The translations under genes were made by a program, and so were the position numbers. The notes beneath the pieces were generated by a model. That model worked only from the letters and a program-made list of their open reading frames with translations, was not told the DNA's origin and did not search any database. DNA of 64,000 nt from Octopus sinensis (taxonomy: Eukaryota), in assembly GCF_006345805.1 (NCBI RefSeq), contig NC_043010.1:8370001-8434000 (forward strand), written 5' to 3'. This document shows, one piece after another, positions 38,975 through 51,817 of this stretch. The number at the start of each line of letters is the position of its first letter. The stretch's first letter is position 1.

Positions 38975-39990
38975 ATTACTTTTTTTTTCTTCTTTCAAAT
39001 TTGCTTCCATTTCTTGCCGAGTGTCTTCCCGACTCCTAGGGCAAAGAAACTCATAGCATACATTGGTAGGCCATTAAACCAAACTCAGTAGTTCGTTCAT
39101 TTAAAAAAAAATTTTTTTTTTTAAAGTTAAATTAAAATACATGAGCAGCAACAGTTCTCACATCGACAATGCTCTTCTCAATACGTGTGATGTACCAGTT
39201 AAGACAATCTTTTGCACTTCTTGCAGGGATGGTAAGCCAGGGATCATTCTCATATAATTTTCGGTTCCCTTCTTGATCATTCCTAGTGCTCCTACGATCA
39301 CTGGTATTGTAACCGCCTTGAGATGCCACATTTTCTCAATTTCAATGAGTAGGTCTTTATATTTCCTGAGCTTGTCAAACTCTTTCGCTGAGATATTATG
39401 ATCACAGGGGATGCTCATGTTGATCAATAAGCAAACTTTATTGTTTTGGTCTTTCACAACAATATCTGGTTTATTGGCCTTGATGGTTCGGTCTGTATGT
39501 ACTGGAAAGTCCCACAGAATGGTTACATTTTCTCCTTCAGTTACAGCCTCAGGGTGGTGATTATACCACTTGTCGGCAGTTTTGATATTGTAATGCCGAC
39601 TTATTAGCCAGTGGAGATATTGGCCAACTCTGTCATGTCTTAATTTATACTCCACTGGTGCTAAGACTTTACATCCAGAGATTAGGTGGTCCACTGTTTC
39701 AATCATGTCGTTGCAGAATCGGCATTTTGGGTCTGCTCCATTTTTCATCACATTGGCCTGGTAGTTCCGGGTTAATAGGCTTTGATCTTGAGCAGTCAGG
39801 ATGAAACCTTCGCTCTCTGCTTTTAGCCCTGAGCTCCGTAGCCACTGATGGGTTTGCTTCTGGTCAACATCAGCTTGTTTGCTGCGGGTCACATATTTGC
39901 CGTGCAGAGGTTTCTCCCCCCACCTATCAGCCAATTGCTTGTGCGCTTTCTTCATTGCCATCATTTTCACCTTCTTTGCAACAATAGTTG
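38975..39990 (-). mobile_element. 5'-truncated R4/Dong-clade non-LTR retrotransposon (zinc knuckle + restriction-like endonuclease + 3'UTR)
   Basis: ORF 40024-39158 contains WGEKPLHG, LKAESEGFILTAQDQSLLTRNY, CRFCNDMIETVDHLISGC, YKLRHDRV, KPDIVVKD and KLRKYKDL. The 3'UTR runs into an (AAT)n tract at 38640-38975. Confidence 0.88.
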
Positions 39991-40084
39991 CCGTACTTCC
40001 CATTTCTACAAAGTGATTATACATCCCCTTCTTTTCCCATACTTTACACTTTTATTTTTGTATTTCTTTTGAAATATATTGTTT

Positions 40085-40380
40085 TAGTGTGGCCGAAGCC
40101 AGTGCCGCCTCGACTGGCTTCCGTGCAGGTGGCACGTAAAATGCACCAATCTGACCGTGGCCAATGCCAGCCTCGCCTGGCACCAGTGCAGGTGGCACGT
40201 AAAAAGCACCCACTACACTCTCGGAGTGGTTGGCGTTAGGAAGGGCATCCAGCTGTAGAAACTTTGTCAGATAAGACCGGAGCTTGGTGCAGCCTTCTGG
40301 CTTCCCAGATCCCCGGTCGAACCATCCAACCCATGCTAGCATGGAGAACGGACGTTAAACGATGATGATGATGATGATGT
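40085..40380 (+). mobile_element. RTE 3'UTR element
   Basis: ...ggcgttaggaagggcatccagctgtagaaac...ggacgttaaacgatgatgatg. Confidence 0.8.
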
Positions 40381-40719
40381 TTCAATAAATTTTGAAAATA
40401 ATAATGAACTTTGTAAAACAACTTTGTCATAATGCAGTTGGTGCTTGGACCATAAATTAATATGAAATTTTGATGGAAGGTTTCTAATTAAAACAGGAAA
40501 TTTGTATCATAGTACCAAGGGTGGTCTTAGGACAGGGGCATTTGAAAAGGGTTTATGGTGATATGAAGTCATAGATATTCTTAGTAGTAAGATTTTATTG
40601 CGTCTGTTTAAACACATTTCAACACCTCAGAATATAAGGGAAATAGAAAAACAAAAAAACAAAAATCAATGTTTATCTTCAATATAAAATCATTTGTCAG
40701 TTTCAATTAATTGTGTTTG

Positions 40720-41580
40720 TCGTCATCGTCGTCGTCATCATCATCGTCATCATCATTGTTGTCATATCCACTTTTCATCTGGTCTGGCAAGGTTTCTACA
40801 GCTCGATGCTTTTCCTAATGCCAACCACTCTGAGAGTGTAGTGGGTGATTTTTATGTGCCACCTGCACAGGGGTCAGTCAGATGGCACTGGCATCAATCA
40901 CGTTCGAATGGTGCTTTTTACATGCCACGGGCATGGGAGCCACTCAGGTGGCACTGGCATCGACCATGCTTGAATGGTGCTTTTTACGTGTCACTGGCAC
41001 AGGTGCCAGTCAGGTGACACTGGTATCGGCCGTGACCACAATTTCTCTTGACTCAACAGGTCTTCTCAAGCACAACATACTGCCCAACTTGACTTGCCGG
41101 GTCTTCTCAATCACAGCATATCTCCAAAGGTCTCGGTCTCCTGTTGTTGCCTCTGTGAGACCTAACTTTCAATGGTTGTGCTTCACCACCTCATCCCAGG
41201 TCTTCCTGGGTCTACCTCTTCCACAGGTTCCTTCCACTGTAAGGATGTAACACTTCACACAGCTGTCCTCATCCATACATAACACATGGCCATATCAGCG
41301 CACTCATCTCTCTTGCAGACCACATCTGATGCTTCTTATGTCTAACTTTTCTCTCAGGGTGCTTACACTCTGTCATAGATGCTCACTGACATTACACATC
41401 CAGCAGAGCATACTAGCTTCATTTCTTTTAAGCTTACACATGTCCTCAGCAGTGGTAGCCCATATTTCACTGCCATATAGAACAGCTGTTCAAACACATG
41501 CATCATACAGTGTACCTATCACTCCGAATGAGAGACTCTTTGTTACCAGCAGAGGCAGGAGCTCCCTATTCTTATACTAG
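40720..41580 (-). mobile_element. RTE-clade LINE 3' fragment (degenerate ORF2 C-terminus + 3'UTR with repeats)
   Basis: 41060-41580 is the reverse-strand homolog of 60540-61030; the 3'UTR ends in (GAT/GAC)n. Confidence 0.8.
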
Positions 41581-41597
41581 CAGCTATGCTCTCAGAG

Positions 41598-41635
<38 letters not shown>

Positions 41636-42886
41636 CTTATATAAATTATAATTAGCAAAAATAGTGTTAACATTTACAAATATTCAGTGAGCCATTCTTT
41701 GATTCATTGCATTTCTGATGGCAAGAGTAACAAGGGAGCATCTATGTAAGTCAAGGTAGAATGAATATCACAAGGGACTTCGTTTTGAATGCATAAGTTT
41801 TTTAGTTTTCTTGCTGATATTTATATTTTTTACTAATAAATAAGGACAAAAATATATACACATATGCCCAAACAACTATATGTATATATATAAAATACAA
41901 AATGGGACAAGAACGCAAAGCATCCGGACAGCAAGGTGTGATATAAAAAGGGACAACAAAACATCCAGATAGACGATACAAAGAAAACAAGGACGGGTCA
42001 TTCGAAGTTTTCTTTCTTCAGTCAAGCACCAGATTATCCTCGCAATTTCAGCTGATTATTCTTGAGATTACTCTAATCTGGCCAGCCCCAAGGAAAAAAA
42101 CTAAGCTAAGAGCATTAGATTCCTTTGAAGAGAGCAGTGAATGTATACAAAAACAAGGACGGAAAAAAAGGACAATGTTACACAAATATAAATACAATAA
42201 GAAAATACAATAAAAATACAATAAAAATAATAGTACACACATACATACACACAGACACACTCATGCACAGACACACCAGGCTTCCTTGTACCAGTTCCAA
42301 CTCTTAATGTATTGGTCAACTGAAGATGTGGTAGAAAACTCTTGCTTAACGTACTACACAGTAGAAATCCGATCTACGACCATGTGGTTATAAAATGGAC
42401 TCTTTATCAACATGGCCATGCTTACCATGCTTGGGATGGTAATATGATCCAGCAGTTAATTATCAATATAGGAGGAAGAAAAATTGTATCTATGTTCTTT
42501 GAAGCAGAACGTCTGGATGGATATGATTCAGAACTGTTTTCTCAAATATCTTACATTCAAATTCACAGCAGGCCTTTTATGGTGTCATTAGACAGAACAC
42601 TTAAATGTCCATATCTCTGTCTACCTAACTGTGGTGGGAAGGTTCCAGATCATTTGGGATTGTTTCTGGCGACTGGCTGTCATTCTATCCACAAAGAAAT
42701 GTATTTCATCAGTGCATATCCTCATGAAATTGCTTATAAACACTATTTGAGGAAGCATTTATTATTGTATAATACTTTTAGATAGTCCTATAAAGCAGGG
42801 ATCAAGATTGATGACTTTTGTATACAGTTCTTGACAAAAGACAAATCAACAAACATTTTAACATGGTGTTTATATATGCTAAGAAT

Positions 42887-43047
42887 CAGTGCCGGATTTA
42901 GGACAAATGAGGCCCTGTGCTAGTTAAGTTATGAGGCCCCTTACTTGGACCGTTTGATATTTGAGGCTCCTCATTTGAATGTTTGACATTTGGTCAACAG
43001 GGCCTTGTGTTTAACCACACCTAAACACAATAGTAAATCCAGCACTG
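42887..43047. mobile_element. Short MITE
   Basis: TIRs CAGTGCCGGATTTA / TAAATCCAGCACTG; no exact TSD found. Confidence 0.6.
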
Positions 43048-43633
43048 TCAAGAAAGAAGAAAAATATATGAAACAGATTTTGCTAGAATTAACCAGTCCA
43101 TTTGGAGGAAAAAGTCATTTAGTGCTAGATATATAATCAGAGAGAAAATAAAGTTTGATGAGTTGGCAGTGAAGGTTTATCACAGAAGAAAAAAATCTGA
43201 AATAATTTGAGATAAAGCTATAATGTCTATTCTAGAATGTCCAAATCTTCAGTCAAGATGATGGATATTTTGAGCACCACAGACCAATGCTCAACCAATA
43301 TTTGTTTGCGAAACAGACATCGTCAACTTCATCATCTTCCTCATCGTTGTTGTTGTCATTATCATTGTCACCATCGTTATCCTCTGTACTGTGATGACAA
43401 GGAAGATATTAAAAGGAATATTTGGGAGTAAAAAAGAAGCTTGAAGAAGAATTATTGTGAAAATAGTATGGGAAAATGACAAAAGCAATTTATAACTGAA
43501 ATCTCTTTAAAATAGGTTTCTTTCATTGGCAACAATGTAAACAATGTTTAAGAATTACTCTTTGATATCTATATATCTTTAGCCATTGGCAACTATATCA
43601 AAACCATTCTCCTTAAAATTGCAGAGCCTAATC

Positions 43634-43667
<34 letters not shown>

Positions 43668-44081
43668 AAGACTATATCACTATATTTGTAAAGTAAGTCC
43701 TTATGAAATATTGAATGGAAGAAAACAAATTTACTTGGGGCTAATAACTGAAAAAATAAGTAAACTTAATTGTTATGGAAAGGCTTAAAACAGATGCTTG
43801 CTAGGGAACATTTTTGCAATGCACAACAAGTAGCATGCCAAAGATATGAGAATAAAGACGTAGAAACAGGCTGATTGACTCTGAAATATTGAAACTTATT
43901 GTCAATGGTTAATGAAGTCAAGCTTAAATCATTTCCAGACTATATCCGTGTGCTTCCCTTTAGCTGAAAAATCAGTATTAGTTATATGTTGTAACATTGT
44001 TCCAGAAATCTCTAAAACCATAAATTTCAAAAATCATGCAACGAAAATTTGTTAATTAATACTATTTTACTATTTACTATT

Positions 44082-44444
44082 TTACTTGTTTCAGTCATTT
44101 GACTGCGGCCATGCTGGAGCACCGCCTTTAGTCGAGCATATCGACCCCGGGACTTATTCTTTGTAAGCCCAGTACTTATTCTATTGGACTCTTTTGCCGA
44201 ACCGCTAAGTGACGGGGACGTAAACACACCAGCAAACACAGACACACAAACACACACACACATATATATATACATATATACGACAGGCTTCTTTCAGTTT
44301 CCGCCTACCAAATCCACTCACAAGGCATTGGTCGGCCCGGGGCTATAGCAGAAGACACTTGCCCAAGATGCCACGCAGTGGGACTGAACCCGGAACCATG
44401 TGGTTGGTTAGCAAGCTACTTACCACACAGCCACTCCTGCGCCT
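44082..44444 (-). mobile_element. SINE family B (internal deletion)
   Basis: Reverse copy ending cacagccactcctgcgcc. Confidence 0.88.
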
Positions 44445-44832
44445 AATGTAGTATTTATCGTTCAGATGTCTACTTATAGAAAGGGATTTCTACTTGGACT
44501 TCTACTACACATTTGTGTCACCAATGTGCAACTAAAAATGTATTACCATCATTGTTTTAACATTTTCTTTCTCGTGCTTGCATAGGTTGGATGCAGTTTA
44601 TTGAGACAGATTTTCTATGATTGGATGCCTGTCCTGTTGCCTGTTGTTTCCAAGCAAGGGTAATATTTCTCAATGGTTAAACATATTTGCACAGAATATT
44701 GGAAATGAATGGCACTACCATGAATGTGACATTGATTTACAACTATCACATGATGCTAAGACAAGGTGACACAAACATACACACGTATATACATACATAC
44801 ATACATACATACATACATACAGAAAGACAGAC

Positions 44833-44865
<33 letters not shown>

Positions 44866-44966
44866 CATACACACACACGATGGGCTTTTTTCTGTTTCTA
44901 TTCTACGAAGTCCACTCACAAAGCTTTGTGAGAAGATTTGGTAGACAGAAACTGAAAGAAGCCCAT

Positions 44967-45000
<34 letters not shown>

Positions 45001-45013
<13 letters not shown>

Positions 45014-45276
45014 ATTCGAGACAAAACCACTATTTTAAAACCAAACAAGGAAAGACTTAATCAATACATAAAATTTTAATATAAATTAAATAAACCGCCA
45101 CTACAAAATTTGATACTGATTAGAAGATCGAAAATCCACCTGAAGATTGTCCGTAGCAGACATGAACCATTTGTAGTGGCGGTTTATTTAATTTATATTA
45201 AAATTTTATGTATTGATTAAGTCTTTCCTTGTTTGGTTTTAAAATAGTGGTTTTGTCTCGAATTATATTATATAAT
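45001..45276. repeat. Foldback element: identical 107-bp inverted arms, 62-nt spacer
   Basis: 45001-45107 is the exact reverse complement of 45170-45276; left flank is (TA)n; a diverged single arm lies at about 31020-31085. Confidence 0.93.
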
Positions 45277-45348
45277 ATTTTACTATAAAATTGGATTTAA
45301 CCCTAAATCTGATTTTTCCCTGTAATTTTGGATTCATTCCCTAATATT

Positions 45349-45382
<34 letters not shown>

Positions 45383-45909
45383 GTGTGTGTGTGCCTGTCT
45401 GTCTCTGTGAGTTTGTCCTCTACCACTACTTGACAATCAGTGTTAGCGAGTTTCTGTCACCTTGACTTAGTGGTTCAGCAAAAGAAACTGATAGAATAAT
45501 TACTAGACTTAAAAAATAAGTCCTGGGTTCGATTTGTTTGACTAAAAACCTTCGAGGCAGAGCTCCAGCATGGCTGCACTCAAACGACTGAAACAAATAA
45601 AAGATAATAAAAAAAAGATAAAAGATTTTCAGGACTTAAGCATTTTGGATAAAGGATTATTATTTGTATCACAAGGCTGGATTATTTCAAAGCAATAAGT
45701 TTCCTCATTCGGTGTAGACTTGGGGATTACAGCAGCAGAAGTGGAGAAATTTCTTGGCAGTGCCATCTCATTCAGAATGACATGGACACCTTCTGACAAG
45801 AGATATCTAAGAACTTCTAAGAGACATTATCAGGACATGTGAATGAAAAAGTCTAGTTTCAATGATAGAACAATGTTAACAAAACAGAAAAGAAAGAAAG
45901 AACAATGAA

Positions 45910-46312
45910 TAGGCGTAGGAGTGGCTGTGTGGTAAGCAGTTTGCTTACCAGCTACATGGTTCCGGGTTCAATCCCAGTGCGTGGCACCTTGGGCAAGTGT
46001 CTTCTACTATAGCTTCGGGCCGACCAAAGCCTTGTGAGTGGATTTGGTAGACGGAAACTGAAAGAAGCCTGTCGTATATATGTATATATATATATATGTG
46101 TGCGTGTGTGTTTGTGTGTCTGTGTTTGTCCTCCTTGCATTGCTTGACAACCGATGCTGGTGTGTTTATGTCCCCGTCACTTAGCAGTTCGGCAAAAGAG
46201 TCCAATAGAATAAGTACTGGGCTTACAAAGAATAAGTCCCGGGGTCAAGTTGCTCGACTAAAGGTGGTGCTCCAGCATGGCCACAGTCAAATGACTGAAA
46301 CAAGTAAAAGAA
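45910..46312 (+). mobile_element. SINE family B
   Basis: aggcgtaggagtggctgtgtggtaag ... aaacaagtaaaag. Confidence 0.9.
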
Positions 46313-46469
46313 AAAAATAAAAGAAAAAAAAATAAAAATAAAAATACATCACAAACTTGTTTGTAAAAAAATGTGAATTTCCAGAAGAAAATTTGGAACT
46401 TTGTTTGTTTTGTTTGTTTTTGTTTTTCCAGCTCTTGAGCTGTGGCCATGCTGGGGCACCGCCATTGTG

Positions 46470-46628
46470 GTGAAAGAGTACAGCAGGGATCACCACCCCC
46501 TGCCGGAGCCTCGTAGAGCTTTTAGGTGTTTTCGCTCAATAAACACACACAACGCCCGGTCTGAGAATCGAAACCGCGATCCTGCGACCGCAAGTGCGCT
46601 GCCCTAACCACTAGGCCATTGCGCCTCT
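46470..46628 (-). mobile_element. SINE family A, head fragment
   Basis: Reverse complement of gaggcgcaatggcctagtggttagggcagcg...ggtttcgattc. Confidence 0.8.
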
Positions 46629-47478
46629 ACATATTTTTAAACATATATTTAATTAAAGACAGTCTAGTTAAATTATTGTTGACAAAAATATCTGATCAGA
46701 GCTTTAGTGTAACATTGTATATAATTCTTCATTTAATTGTCATTTTTAATTTAGTTGGAATATTTTGTCACGTAGAGATAACTTTCTATTTGAATTTGTA
46801 TTGTTCATTTAAAAGTGAAAACAAATCTGTAATCTAGTTGGGAAAAATAATCTTTGCAAAGAAGAAATTTTTGGCTGTTCATATCCAACATGGTAATAAA
46901 AGACAAAAAAAAAACCCACAAAAAAAGCTAAAACGAAAGAAAGACAAAATAGAAAGAAAATGTAGACAGCAGAAAAATACGAAATAACTGAACCTAAATG
47001 AACTTAAAATTTCCTTCTTCTCTAAAATGATCGACTTTTTTCCAAAACAAATGAATAAATAAATGAATAGATAAATATAAACAAATAAATATAGACAACA
47101 TCTAATAAATTAAAAGATTAAAAATGCCAATATGGTTGATGAAGTTTTGATAGAAAGCTTATTTAAAACAGTAAATCTGTTTAAAATAATATATTGCCTA
47201 ATGATCTGAATGCTGCTGGCTCTTCAGCGGAATAAAAAAGGGATATATCATATTTTGCTCAGTTGACATGAAAGGATTAAAATTGTAGTTAGAACAGAAT
47301 TTATTCAAGGACTAATCTTTGTATGATTTTATTACTGCATTTTTGGTGGAGGAACGGTGTGTTGGGTGAGATAGTGGAGGGGGATTCAAATAATAAATTC
47401 TATTCAAATATCTTGTTAGATTAATATCCCCCCCCAAAAAAAAACCTAAAGATCATTATCATAATGTGCTTTATATGT

Positions 47479-47536
<58 letters not shown>

Positions 47537-47769
47537 GTGTGTGTGTATTTATTTATTTATTTATCTATCTGTTTGTTTCCCTGCAAATTCCAATATAATT
47601 ATCAAAGCTTTTGTAAACTTTGTAGTTTACCTCCCAACAAAACAATGTATGGTAATTTAAGAGAATTGTGCATAAGAAAGCATCCATAGCCTGAGATAAA
47701 GAATGTTCCAAGGATATGGAAAAAGTAATGAACATTATAGTAGGTAGCTTTGTTTGAAAGAGAAACCGG

Positions 47770-48150
47770 GAAGATGTAAGCCACGAATTTAGGAGTGGTT
47801 AACTCTAAAGATATGGAATGAAAAGAACATATTCAAAGAATATCCTCAAAGGAGCTATATCAGATGATATATCATAGATTCAATGTTTACGACAACATGA
47901 TTATTCTATTCAAATCCCTCGTAAGACCCAAATTAGAATATTGTTGCCAGTGACAGTTCCCAAAGAAAAATGGAGAAATAACTGCTGCACTAAAAGGAAT
48001 CCAATGGTCATTTTAAAAATCAATAATGGAATATTGTCTGTCTTGTGATAAGAAAGTGAATTCATTAAAGAAAGACCGGGAGGTAAGAAGAACTCTTGTT
48101 ACACAGAGAAGAAACACATAAGCATCTATACTGAAACCAACATAAAGAAT
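47770..48150 (+). mobile_element. Degenerate CR1/L2-group LINE RT C-terminal relic
   Basis: LGVVNSKDME*KEHIQRI ... ILFKSLVRPKLEYCCQ resembles the DLGV...HI and LY.SLVRP.LEYC motifs. Confidence 0.65.
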
Positions 48151-49603
48151 TTGGTTTGGAAATGGTATTTGAAAGCTATTATTGATGAAGGTATGAGCTG
48201 CAAAAAGGAAGAAAAGAAAGAAGGAAGGGGAGAAAGACAAGCAAGAATGGAATGGAAGATGGAAAGAGAACTGGTTGAAACACTGCAAAAGAAAATCATA
48301 TGAAAGAAGAAAAACGTTGTTGTATTCTAATCCAATGAGTCTTCATTATTTCATTCTTGTTTTTCCCATTGATGTGTTATTTGAAAAAATAATTGATGTA
48401 ATTCATGTTTTGATTTGGAACATTGGAATAAAGCAAATTATATGCAATTTACTATTTAAGTCTTTTTATGTAGAGTATTTGATAGTTACTTTAAGTTTAA
48501 AAACATCAACAAAGGTATTTCACATGCAACTGAAGATTTCAATTTACCTATTTATCTTAAATCTTAAAATTTCATTTATGATATACACAAATTTTTAATA
48601 CACCAATTTATTGCCTTCTGTAAAAGCTACTATGACAATATAATTGCAAATTTGAAATACATTTCAGTATAAAAGACTTTGTGTCTTTTGGTTTTGGGGG
48701 AAAATATAGAATAGTAATAATAATTATAATGATTAATGATGACGATGGTAAGAACAACAACAACATTGTCATCGTCACCGCTACCACCACCAGCACCCAT
48801 CATGATCATCATTATTTGCTTCAAATAAAGCTGTAAATTTTTAGCTATTTTCATTTCCAGTATTTTCAAGGCTTCCTATATTTTTAATAAGTTTTTTCAT
48901 TTTCTATCCAATTATCCATATGGAATTCTTTCAGTATTTCTTCAATTTCAAGAAGCAGTATTTAATCAGCATAAGCTTAAATATCATATTTTCATCATTA
49001 TTTGAATATGATAAATTTTGTTTGTACAGTCCAATATTAAAAATGAATTTAGGGGCTTAGTTAGTGCTAGGCTATATGTAATATAAACCAGCTGATAAAT
49101 ACATCTTAACTCTTTTATAAAACTTTTTCTTAATGTTTATGTTTTAAAACATTATCATGCCAGAAATTTCTATGTTTTTTGCAATAAAATTAAAAAAAAA
49201 ACTTATGGTCTTCATACCCACAAAAAGTAAAAATTAAATTTGTGGCTATGCAGCAGTTACACATAATGGAACCAGTAGCAAACTTCCAGGGAATGCATTT
49301 TTGAATGTTAAGAATTCCTTTTTGGCCATATTTTGTTAATTATTAATTAAATTTCTAATTGTGTGTCTGTTGATACAAACATCATCTTTATTTACAACTT
49401 ATTTAAAATAAATTCTCTCTCGCACTTTCTGTCTGTCTCTCACTTTACACACACACACACACATGCATATAAGAGTTGGAAATAAATGTAATGTAAAGAA
49501 GGTATGCATTTTTTTAATAACTGATCTAGATCATTCCAATTGTACATATCAGAAAACAATCCTTCTCCTCTAGTAATTCTTCTTTCTGTTCTACTTTATT
49601 GGT

Positions 49604-49986
49604 GGAGGCGCAATGGCCCAGTGGTTAGGGCAGCGGACTCGCGGTCGGAGGATCGCGGTTTCAATTCCCAGACCGGGCATTGTGAGTGTTTATTGAGCGA
49701 AAACACCTAAAGCTCCACGAGGCTCCGGCAGGGGATGGTGGCGAGCCCTGCTGTACTCTTTCACCACAACTTTCTCTCGCTCTTTCTTCCTGTTTCTGTT
49801 GTACCTGTATTTCAAAGGGCCAGCCTTGTCACACTCTGTGTCACACTGAATCTCCCCAAGAACTATGTTAAGGGTACACGTGTCTGTGTAGTGCTCAGCC
49901 ACTTGCACGTTAATATCACGAGCAAGCTGTTCCGTTGTTCGTATCAGCTGGGACCCTCATCGTCGCAACCGACGGAGTGCTCCTAC
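49604..49986 (+). mobile_element. SINE family A
   Basis: A/B boxes; TSD TCTACTTTATTG. Confidence 0.9.
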
Positions 49987-50304
49987 TCTACTTTATTGCA
50001 GGAAAATAACAGTTCCCACATAGAAGCAAAGTGCTGTTATTTAATTTTAATAAAGGAGAGGTGTAGGATGTCTGATATCCACAGAAGACTATGAGTTGTT
50101 TACAGAGATGACACCATTGACAAGATTTATGTGCATCGGTGGATGAAAGAATTTTAAAGGTTTGAAGACAAACCATGCAGTGGATGACCGTCAATTGCAA
50201 CCAGTGACATGAATTACTTGTGAGTAGATGAATTAATTTGCCCAGACAGAAGCATCACTATCTGTGAGTTTGCTATACAACTGGACTGTGGTCACAATGC
50301 TTAA

Positions 50305-50439
50305 CTCTTTGAGCCTGTAACACCGGTTACTGGTAGACGGCTTATTTTTCTCAATACCATAGCACCGCTCAGCTGGTGAAGTGCATCTGGAGGCCAAGTA
50401 TATGGTTAAATAAGATTCAGGAGGTCAGGGCTCAAAGGG
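50305..50439. mobile_element. piggyBac-type MITE
   Basis: TTAA|CTCTTTGAGCC ... GGCTCAAAGGG|TTAA. Confidence 0.75.
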
Positions 50440-50456
50440 TTAATGGAAGATGGTAG

Positions 50457-50690
50457 AAGGCGGCGAGTTGGCAGAATCGTTAGCACGTCGGACGAAATGC
50501 GTAGCCGTATTTCATCTGCCGTTACGTTCTGAGTTCAAATTCCGCCGAGGTCGACTTTGCCTTTCATCTTTTCGGGGTCGATAAATTAAGTACCAGTTAC
50601 GCACTGGGGTCGATGTAATCGAATTAATACCTATGTCTGTCCTTGTTTGTCCCCTCTATGTTTAGCCCCTTTTAGGTAATAAAGAAATTG
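50457..50690 (+). mobile_element. SINE family C, least diverged copy (core resembles the Meta-domain type)
   Basis: ggcggcgagttggcagaatcgttagcac..gagttcaaattccgccgaggtcgactttgcctttcatcttttcggggtcgataaattaagtaccag. The superfamily label comes from recalled similarity, not a search. Confidence 0.85.
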
Positions 50691-51255
50691 GTAGAAGACT
50701 TTGGTGATAGAAAAGTGTGTGAGAATTAGGTTCCTTAGCAGATGACCCCTGATCTTGTCACAGGGACGAAACCTTGGTATATCTTCATGGTCTTGAACAG
50801 AGGGCTTAGTCTATGGACTGGCATCGTACGTTTTCTTTAAGGCCTAAAATGTTCAAAAGTCAACTATCAACACAGAAAGTCATAGTGATTGCTTTTTGGG
50901 ATACAAGAATGTCATTCTTCTTGATTTTATTAAATGTGGCTGTGAATATGAAGTGGTGCAATGAGAGACATGCAAAAAAGCTTAAAAAAGTGAAGACTAC
51001 AATATATTGACAAATTGCACGACAGCCTCAATAATGCTGGTGACATGAAAAATGCACCCAGTCCACACTGTAAAGTGACTTGCATTAGGAAGGGCTTCAA
51101 GTTATAGAAATCAGGCCAAAGTGGACACCAGAGCATGATGTAATCCTTAAACCCATCAGATCCTGTCACATTTTCTAACCTATGCCAGCATGGAACATGG
51201 ATGTTATATGATAGTGATGACGATGATGATATATATACATATACATATATATGCA

Positions 51256-51286
<31 letters not shown>

Positions 51287-51484
51287 CATCATCATTCACC
51301 AAACACAATTAAGCTTCAAGCGAATTCCAATGAATTCAAATGAATATGGTACTTAACTTAGATGCACCAGAATTCTTTATGGTATTAACCATAAAATAAT
51401 GTGGGATGATTATAACCAAGAAAAAAGAAACAAGAATGGATTAGTAGTTTAGTACTAATCCATTCTTGTTGCTTTTTTCTTGGT

Positions 51485-51518
<34 letters not shown>

Positions 51519-51519
51519 T

Positions 51520-51690
51520 ACTACACTCACGGAATGGTTGGCGTTAGGAAGGGCATCCAGCTGTAGAAACACTGCCAGATCAGACTGGGCCTGGTGCAGC
51601 CTTCTGGCTTCCCAGACCCCAGTTGAACCGTCCAACCCATGCTAGCATGGAAAGTGGACGTTAATCGATGATGATGATGATGATGATGAT
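51520..51690 (+). mobile_element. RTE 3' end fragment
   Basis: ggcgttaggaagggcatccagctgtagaaac...gttaatcgatgatgatg; a more diverged copy lies at about 51065-51230. Confidence 0.8.
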
Positions 51691-51781
51691 ATATATATAT
51701 TATATATGTATATATACATGTATGTATGTATGTAGGTATGTGTGTATTTATGTACATATCTATATCTATCTTTTTTCTCTC

Positions 51782-51817
<36 letters not shown>

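Larger units (their letters stand above)
50050..51030 (+). mobile_element. Degenerate mariner transposase relic carrying nested insertions
   Basis: IHRRL*VVYRDDTID..VHRWM..EDKPCSG*PS..VDELICPDRSITI; after the inserts LVTGTKPW..SMDWHR..PKMFKSQLSTQKVIVIAFWD. Confidence 0.7.

Noticed and set aside
41995-42030. Hammerhead-like string on the minus strand (CTGAAGAAAGAAAACTTCGAATG)
   Set aside because: GAAA is altered and no convincing stem I/III or cleavage triplet was found; it may be a decayed Penelope-like terminus but is not supportable.
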